DNA from: a virus
Taxonomy: Duplodnaviria; Heunggongvirae; Uroviricota; Caudoviricetes
Length of the DNA: 27,380 nt
Virus record (IMG/VR): IMGVR_UViG_3300010280_000022
Reading direction: 5' to 3' (one strand)
Shown here: positions 1 through 5,496 of the stretch, piece after piece
Numbering within the stretch: position 1 is the stretch's first letter
Layout: each line of letters starts with the position of its first letter
Position numbers and translations under genes: made by a program
The notes under the pieces: model-generated
Seen by the model: only the letters and a program-made list of their open reading frames with translations
Databases searched by the model: none
What the model was told of the DNA's origin: nothing

Positions 1-2420
1 CATATATTATTTGCCGACCTATGTACATACGTATTTACTATCGGCTTAGATGAAGATGAACCCTTAGCTCTCGAACCATCGATAAGACAGTCAGACACTG
101 ACATAAATCCTGAAACAAGGTTGTTACTCACATCCCAATCTATGGCCATTTTGTCAAAATAAACACTGCCAAGCATATATGTTTTTCCACCAGAATAGCC
201 TACAAACCTACGTAATACACCACCATAATGCTTGATGTAACTCCTAGTCATTCCTGATGTGATATTCATATATACAATATCCATATTGCACTCAATTCCG
301 TAAAGGCAAGATGCATATTCTGATATGTGTCCAACATAACATACAACTTTACATCCAGTTGATTCAGATGGAGTCAATTTAATTACAGGAATATCTCTTG
401 TAGATGCATCATGATATGAAATTGCCAACTCAAATCTTGCGTCTTTACCATTAAAAGTGCTACCAGTAAAATCTATCAACGACGGCATTTTAAAGTCACG
501 CAAAGGTGATGGCTGTGTTTTAAAGTTATTTTTAAATGATAAAATATTGAGTGTTACCTCAGAAGGCCAGTATATATTCGTCTGTACAATTATATTCTTC
601 GGAAGATGTAAAGTGCGCGGCTGGACAGGGTTCCCGGACGCGATAACATTGTCTGAACGACACAAAATCATATCCACCAAACCGGATGAACCCTCTGGAA
701 TACGAACGGATCCCCCACGGACTATGAAATCACCTTTATGTTCACCGTAATCCGTACGTACTCCAAACGGCCCTATGTGAGAATTGATGATCTGTGTTGC
801 CTCGTCGAACGCCCCAGTACCAACCAAGACGCCGCCAGGTATCCGACAATTATCAACAAGAATCTTTGAGCACCCATAGTGCATGTGAAAGCTATCAATA
901 TTACTGTCTCTCACAACTACATCCCTGCAATAGTTGCCGTCAATAGACCTCCACCCCTTACCCACTTCGCAGCCGATAAAAGTATGTTTAAGGGTGTACT
1001 CCATAGCTACGGTATAACGAGAATTATTATCCGTCTGCGTAATACCCGCACTCGTTAATCTCCAGTTAACTCCGTAGGTGGTAGAGCTACCAAAAATATT
1101 AGAATCTGTAGCTGTCATCCCCATGTCATTAAAGTAAACAACCTCAACATCAACTAAAGAACGTTGGATATCAAAAGCATAGCGTGAAAATTGACCAGTG
1201 AAACGCGGCAATACAATTTTATTACGCTTAGTTGGTAGCTTAAATAACGTACAAGTTACGGGGTCGTTGTAAGTATTTTTAAGACTGTAAGCCAATTCCC
1301 CTGGCTTAGTCATAAAGTTCACTTCACCTTTATATCTTGGGCTGAATACACCACCAATCAACCTATAGAGATCAACCTCTGTTGGACTTATTATTTTGAC
1401 GAGCGAATTACCCCACCCTGCTAAATCCTCAACACAAGAAAAAACTGAGGTTAACTCGTTCAATGGGTATGTTGATATATTAACTTCCTTTATATAATTA
1501 TCATCATCCCTTTCATCTTTATACACAACCTTTCCGTTTGTTAAGTGGAAAGTACAATTACTCAAATCAAAATCACCATATAGATATGTTTCTTTATCTA
1601 TGGTGAAAGTTAGTGGCGCGCTTGAGTATATTTTTATTGGTGTATTTTTATACTTATAAAATATAGCATTAAGCTGATCACTATTCCGCTCACCGTCTAG
1701 TGCGCTTATATCATATATATATAATCTGTTTTCTAATCCACCAATTAACTTATACCCATCAGGTTTAGCTAATTCAATTAGAACGTCTGAGGCAGATCCA
1801 GATGGTGGTAATACGACAAATGGATTACCATCATTATCAAAAGCAACCATCTTGTTTGCTCTTTCAATAGCATCAGGTAAGGAAGGTATTGATTCAGGAA
1901 CACGAAGAGTTTTGCTTAGATTGCTACCAGCAAGCGTATCCACGTAATTTTTTGTTGCCGCATCCTGCGGAAATCTGGGATCTCTCAGGTTACGAATATA
2001 ATTGTTCAAAGCATCATAATAATTAGCAATAAATGATGGTTTACGCAGAGCCAACCTGAACCAACTTCTAACCTGCTGTATCAGCATCGTCAGTTTATCG
2101 AATGCGTCTTCATGCACCTCAGCGAAGAACTTACCCTGGTTGCGCAGATCGGTATCCTGCGTAACCGGTAGCTCTCTTGATATAGAAATCTGATAACCGT
2201 TAACCAACGCCTTCGACAGAATTACATTGCCGCCGTTATACCCTCCCGCACCAGTGACTATGTAATCAGTATCAAGAATCAGCTCTGTGATGTTCTCGTT
2301 CAGGTCAACAACCTGCACTACTAAATCAGATTTCTGGAAAATCCTGAAGGTATAAGGGAATGTCGTTGTAACACCGTTACCGGTGTATTCGTTGTGGTCA
2401 ACTTCGGTTGAGACCGTCAT
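1..2420 (-). CDS. Tailspike / tail fibre protein, 3'-truncated by window edge (at least 806 aa); T7 gp17-like N-terminal anchor domain plus AT-rich divergent C-terminal region
   Basis: Minus frame open from ATG at 2420 (GGAG 8 nt upstream) to position 1; absent from ORF track because no stop lies in the window. N-terminus MTVSTEVDHNEYTGNGVTTTFPYTFRIF..LVVQVVDL..DTDYIV fits the conserved podovirus tail-fibre N-terminal pattern. Confidence 0.8.
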   Translation of the reverse strand, partial: MTVSTEVDHNEYTGNGVTTTFPYTFRIFQKSDLVVQVVDLNENITELILDTDYIVTGAGGYNGGNVILSKALVNGYQISISRELPVTQDTDLRNQGKFFAEVHEDAFDKLTMLIQQVRSWFRLALRKPSFIANYYDALNNYIRNLRDPRFPQDAATKNYVDTLAGSNLSKTLRVPESIPSLPDAIERANKMVAFDNDGNPFVVLPPSGSASDVLIELAKPDGYKLIGGLENRLYIYDISALDGERNSDQLNAIFYKYKNTPIKIYSSAPLTFTIDKETYLYGDFDLSNCTFHLTNGKVVYKDERDDDNYIKEVNISTYPLNELTSVFSCVEDLAGWGNSLVKIISPTEVDLYRLIGGVFSPRYKGEVNFMTKPGELAYSLKNTYNDPVTCTLFKLPTKRNKIVLPRFTGQFSRYAFDIQRSLVDVEVVYFNDMGMTATDSNIFGSSTTYGVNWRLTSAGITQTDNNSRYTVAMEYTLKHTFIGCEVGKGWRSIDGNYCRDVVVRDSNIDSFHMHYGCSKILVDNCRIPGGVLVGTGAFDEATQIINSHIGPFGVRTDYGEHKGDFIVRGGSVRIPEGSSGLVDMILCRSDNVIASGNPVQPRTLHLPKNIIVQTNIYWPSEVTLNILSFKNNFKTQPSPLRDFKMPSLIDFTGSTFNGKDARFELAISYHDASTRDIPVIKLTPSESTGCKVVCYVGHISEYASCLYGIECNMDIVYMNITSGMTRSYIKHYGGVLRRFVGYSGGKTYMLGSVYFDKMAIDWDVSNNLVSGFMSVSDCLIDGSRAKGSSSSKPIVNTYVHRSANNI

Positions 2421-2524
2421 GTTAAATCTCCAGATAGTCGCAGCACCCGTTGCGCCGCATATCCGGTTATTCTATTACCTGAAAAACCATATATGGATAG
2501 ACAACCCATAAATACGAACAGATA

Positions 2525-2539
2525 TTACCTTTCAGGTGA
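2525..2539 (+). promoter_or_regulatory. Dyad motif site A: TTACC-TTTCA-GGTGA
   Basis: One of five intergenic copies of ATTACC-N5-GGTRA; lies between tailspike start and the LexA-box gene. Confidence 0.45.
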
Positions 2540-2578
2540 TTCGCAAAACGTGCTGGATAGCAAATAAATTATTTGATA

Positions 2579-2594
2579 CTGTATATTTATACAG
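2579..2594 (+). promoter_or_regulatory. LexA (SOS) box CTGTATATTTATACAG
   Basis: Exact CTGT-N8-ACAG with AT-rich core, flanks taCTGT..ACAGtt; preceded by TTGATA (2573-2578); 22 nt upstream of ATG at 2616. Confidence 0.75.
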
Positions 2595-2615
2595 TTATTG
2601 CATGGAGAAGATAAG

Positions 2616-2873
2616 ATGCAGCAGTATCACTATCCACTGGAAGACGGATTTACCGAAAGGATTCACACGCCGGGAGGCGTCAGATCACTGGTGGAGGGAT
2701 CGCACTTGATGAAATTACTCCGGGATCTCGATAAGGATGGATTTAATGTCGATGGCCCACTTGCCGAACTGACTGCACTGATTAACTACGTCACCAGCTC
2801 ACAGATGTCTATGCGGGATCTGCAAACACATCTCGACTATTGTGCCGAACAATTACGAAAACAAACCAGATAA
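2616..2873 (+). CDS. Small protein (85 aa) paralogous to the C-terminal domain of the adjacent antirepressor; candidate SOS-inducible antirepressor or modulator
   Basis: ORF-track frame 2598..2873 begins at TTG; in-frame ATG at 2616 has GGAG 8 nt upstream. Motifs P.GV..L.E.S.LM.LL..L..DG..V.G..AELT and LRD.QTH..Y are shared with residues ~150-231 of the 3189..3884 protein. Confidence 0.7.
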   Translation: MQQYHYPLEDGFTERIHTPGGVRSLVEGSHLMKLLRDLDKDGFNVDGPLAELTALINYVTSSQMSMRDLQTHLDYCAEQLRKQTR

Positions 2874-2904
2874 GGTTTGCAATTACCAAGTGGAGTGCTT
2901 ATAT

Positions 2905-2919
2905 TTACCTTTGCGGTAA
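2905..2919 (+). promoter_or_regulatory. Dyad motif site E: TTACC-TTTGC-GGTAA, nested in a longer inverted repeat
   Basis: Perfect TTACC/GGTAA arms; flanked by AAGTGGAGTGCT (2888-2899) and AGCACTCCTCTT (2928-2939), inverted with one mismatch. Confidence 0.45.
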
Positions 2920-3010
2920 ATTTACATAGCACTCCTCTTGTGCCATAGTAATCGGGCACTGGCAAAATCCAGTGCCGGGATTGGCGTCCCGGATTACTAA
3001 AAGGCGCATT

Positions 3011-3031
3011 CACCGCGCAAGCGGTTTTTTT
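3011..3031 (+). terminator. Rho-independent terminator between the small LexA-controlled gene and the antirepressor gene
   Basis: Stem ACCGC/GCGGT with GCAA loop followed by six T. Confidence 0.6.
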
Positions 3032-3188
3032 ATGCGTATAGCACGGCCACATTCGTATTATGGTGGGCTGTGTGGGGGCACCGAAAGGTGCGCCGGGTCC
3101 TTTTAGCCGGTTACGCCAACCCTGCACAGTTCACCACCAACCGATTGGCGTCGGTAGTGGTGATTAACCAGACTAAAAGGTAACCACT

Positions 3189-3884
3189 ATGACAGCTACA
3201 AAAAGCACGTCCATTTTTTCTTTCGAATCCCAAGCCGATATACGGGTAATCGTCATTAATGGTGAGCCATGGTTTATCGCTTCAGATGTTTGTCGGGCTA
3301 TAGGCATAGCAAACCATCGAGATGCTGTTCGAAAACTTGATGATGATGAGAAGGGCGTCGCTTCAACCGACACCCCTGGCGGTGAGCAAGAATCGATCAT
3401 CATCTCCGAGTCAGGCCTCTACACACTGATCCTCCGCTGCCGCGATGCGGTGACACCAGGCACTATCCCATACCGCTTTCGTAAATGGGTTACAGGTGAG
3501 GTTCTTCCTCAGATCCGCCGCACCGGAAGTTACATTAAAAACTCGCTCACGCAGGAAGAACGCATAAAGATGGTTGCCGACCAGGTAGCCAACGCCACGG
3601 CGTCAGCAGTGATGCAGGCGATGAAGATAGAGAACAAAACCTACAGTGCCCCACTGAAGCCCGGCTACCGCAGCCTGATTCATTCGCCGTCTGGTGTTCT
3701 CGGCCTGACGGAGAACTCACTGCTGATGAATTTGCTGAACCAGTTACAGGAAGACGGGCACGATGTATCGGGCGCGGCGGCGGAACTGACCACCATGTTC
3801 TGCTACATCGTCGGTGTGAGCAAATGCCTGCGTGATATCCAGACTCACGCGGAGTACATCAACGACAAAGCAGGATTCTTCTGA
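3189..3884 (+). CDS. Bro-N family phage antirepressor (231 aa)
   Basis: N-terminal IRVIVINGEPWFIASDVCRAIGI...LDDDEKGV is the Bro-N/antirepressor signature; AAAAGG upstream of ATG; long structured leader. Confidence 0.8.
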   Translation: MTATKSTSIFSFESQADIRVIVINGEPWFIASDVCRAIGIANHRDAVRKLDDDEKGVASTDTPGGEQESIIISESGLYTLILRCRDAVTPGTIPYRFRKWVTGEVLPQIRRTGSYIKNSLTQEERIKMVADQVANATASAVMQAMKIENKTYSAPLKPGYRSLIHSPSGVLGLTENSLLMNLLNQLQEDGHDVSGAAAELTTMFCYIVGVSKCLRDIQTHAEYINDKAGFF

Positions 3885-3958
3885 CAGAACGGCGGCACAG
3901 GGATGTGCCTTTAAATAATTCTGTACAGATTGCAGACTGGGGGGTGAATAGAGTACTA

Positions 3959-3973
3959 TTACCTTACGGGTGA
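3959..3973 (+). promoter_or_regulatory. Dyad motif site C: TTACC-TTACG-GGTGA
   Basis: Same ATTACCTT left arm as other sites; sits ~40 nt upstream of the mini-ORF and terminator that precede the membrane-protein gene. Confidence 0.4.
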
Positions 3974-4063
3974 TCCATAGCGATTAGGCACCGATACAGG
4001 AGGAGCCCACATGAGAAAATTTGACGAGTACGAAGGCGTTTAACATTCGGATAGTTTAATGAC

Positions 4064-4084
4064 GGGGCCATTAGGCCCCGTTTT
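4064..4084 (+). terminator. Terminator/attenuator hairpin directly upstream of the membrane-protein gene
   Basis: GGGGCC-ATTA-GGCCCC then GTTTT; ends 18 nt before GTG at 4103. Confidence 0.5.
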
Positions 4085-4102
4085 CATGTCTGGAGACAGT
4101 TT

Positions 4103-4642
4103 GTGTTAAGTGAAGAAATGCAATTTGCCATGGCTGTGGCTCAAATCGTAAGTGCAGTCGCGGTTTCGCTTGGCTTGTTCATAGCTATCGCTACTATTAT
4201 TTATAATGTAAATACAGCGAGAAAAGTACACACTTCAGTATTCCTTGGTGAAAGCAGGTTTGATGTAGATTATAAGAAAGGCCTATCTACTATGCGCCGC
4301 ATTCACGAATCGAACAAATCATTCCGCTCTTATATGTATCCAAGCAATGGGCAGGCTGATCTTACGGATGAAGAAAAGATAGAGAAGAGAGAAATAATTT
4401 ACTGTCTAGGTTTCTACGAACGCATGGCTGTGAGCGTGAAGCGGAAAACTTATGATGAGACCATGATTAAGGAAGTATTTTACAGCTCCGTTGTAAATAA
4501 CTATCAGATTGCGCTACCTCTTATACAAGCTATTAGAGAAAAAGAAAACATAAACACATATTTTAAAGAATATGAATGGTTGGCCACACGATGGAAGGAT
4601 TGTCCATTGAAAGATAAATCCCCGTGGTACAAGTTTTGGTAA
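4103..4642 (+). CDS. AT-rich inner-membrane protein (179 aa; one N-terminal TM helix); candidate superinfection-exclusion/defence moron
   Basis: GTG start with GGAG 6 nt upstream (alternative ATG at 4118); hydrophobic segment FAMAVAQIVSAVAVSLGLFIAIATIIY; AT-rich codon usage unlike the flanking structural genes; strong terminator follows. Confidence 0.7.
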   Translation: MLSEEMQFAMAVAQIVSAVAVSLGLFIAIATIIYNVNTARKVHTSVFLGESRFDVDYKKGLSTMRRIHESNKSFRSYMYPSNGQADLTDEEKIEKREIIYCLGFYERMAVSVKRKTYDETMIKEVFYSSVVNNYQIALPLIQAIREKENINTYFKEYEWLATRWKDCPLKDKSPWYKFW

Positions 4643-4663
4643 GCCCGCGACGCGGGCTTTTTT
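4643..4663 (+). terminator. Rho-independent terminator after the membrane-protein gene
   Basis: GCCCGCG..CGCGGGC hairpin immediately after TAA, followed by six T. Confidence 0.7.
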
Positions 4664-4735
4664 GTGGACGAAACAAAAGTCAGTGCTACACTCATTGACG
4701 CCACATTGAGGTGGCTTATAGATGGAAATTTCACA

Positions 4736-4897
4736 ATGAAAAAAGCATTTGCTGCACTGTTCGTTTTGTTGTCTCTGGTAGCTTCAACTCAGGCCTTTGC
4801 CGGTCGTTGTCAGCACGACAGCGATACTGCCGCTGACGGCTCCCGCTGCGGTGGGCGTTCTGCGGATTCCCGCCCGGGCGGCGGTGGCATTCGTTAA
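4736..4897 (+). CDS. Small secreted peptide (53 aa; signal peptide plus ~31-aa Gly/Arg/Asp-rich mature part with 2 Cys)
   Basis: MKKAFAALFVLLSLVASTQAFA is a typical Sec signal with AXA site; upstream TTGACG (4695-4700), 16-bp spacer, TATAGA. ORF-track N-terminal extension from 4664 rejected. Confidence 0.5.
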   Translation: MKKAFAALFVLLSLVASTQAFAGRCQHDSDTAADGSRCGGRSADSRPGGGGIR

Positions 4898-4919
4898 AAA
4901 CAAGGCCGCGAAAGCGGCC
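4891..4919 (-). terminator. Terminator at the end of the minus-strand late operon
   Basis: Hairpin GGCCGC-GAAA-GCGGCC (4904-4919); on the minus strand it is followed by TTGTTTTTAACGA. Confidence 0.6.
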
Positions 4920-4933
4920 TGTGACATGTCACA

Positions 4934-5494
4934 CTACATTGATATATGATTCATAAAGTAGCTTAAAGATTTACTTCCCAGAAAAGAAATTTCTTTTCCT
5001 GGATATGTCGCAATAATTGAGCATGACTTATCCCCGTTAGAGGTAACAAATCCTGAATAACCTACTTGTTCTTTACCATTTTGTTGCTTGGCTAAAAAGT
5101 AGAGGTAGCTTATCTTTTTGCCCTCTGGGTAAAACTCTGCCAAACCAGTATCGGTGATTGAATATTTTATTCTCCCGCCTTGAGTAACGTTTTCCATCTC
5201 AAGTTTAGCTATGTCTTTTCTGTTGTATTCAGCATTGATTTTCCTTTCGAAATCAATGTTGTTTTCAAATGAGTAGGAAGCAACAGTCTGAATAGATGGG
5301 AACACGTTTATCTGGATGCCTCCACAGTCGGCACAGGTATAAAGGTATGAATCAGATGGAATCCCCATAAAAGAAAACTGAGTTACCTTAAATTTATCGC
5401 TATCTCCAAAGTATTGAAGTTCGCATTTAACATTTTGCCCTGCAAAAGAAAATGCAGACATCAATATTGAAACAAAAAATATAATTGCCTTCAT
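4934..5494 (-). CDS. AT-rich secreted/periplasmic protein (186 aa), last gene of the late operon; function unknown
   Basis: Signal peptide MKAIIFFVSILMSAFSFA; four Cys; ATG 3 nt after the stop of the upstream 850-aa gene; composition much more AT-rich than the core genes. Confidence 0.7.
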   Translation of the reverse strand: MKAIIFFVSILMSAFSFAGQNVKCELQYFGDSDKFKVTQFSFMGIPSDSYLYTCADCGGIQINVFPSIQTVASYSFENNIDFERKINAEYNRKDIAKLEMENVTQGGRIKYSITDTGLAEFYPEGKKISYLYFLAKQQNGKEQVGYSGFVTSNGDKSCSIIATYPGKEISFLGSKSLSYFMNHISM

Positions 5495-5496
5495 TA

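Noticed and set aside
457-750. 97-aa plus-strand ORF
   Set aside because: Lies antisense inside the open minus-strand tailspike frame, with no RBS and no coding-like composition.
2525-2539. Dyad motif as a host MqsA operator
   Set aside because: Only the ACCT-N3-AGGT core matches and the outer bases differ from the MqsA palindrome; kept as an unassigned operator-like motif.
2598-2615. TTG start for the small LexA-controlled gene as given in the ORF track
   Set aside because: The in-frame ATG at 2616 has a GGAG at the right spacing; the TTG has no RBS.
2837-3403. Minus-strand ORFs 2837..3127 and 3173..3403
   Set aside because: They overlap the structured intergenic region and the antirepressor gene on the opposite strand, have Arg/Pro/Cys-rich junk-like composition and no RBS.
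4664-4735. N-terminal extension of the small secreted peptide ORF
   Set aside because: The extension overlaps the upstream terminator and promoter-like hexamers; the signal peptide starts cleanly at the ATG at 4736.
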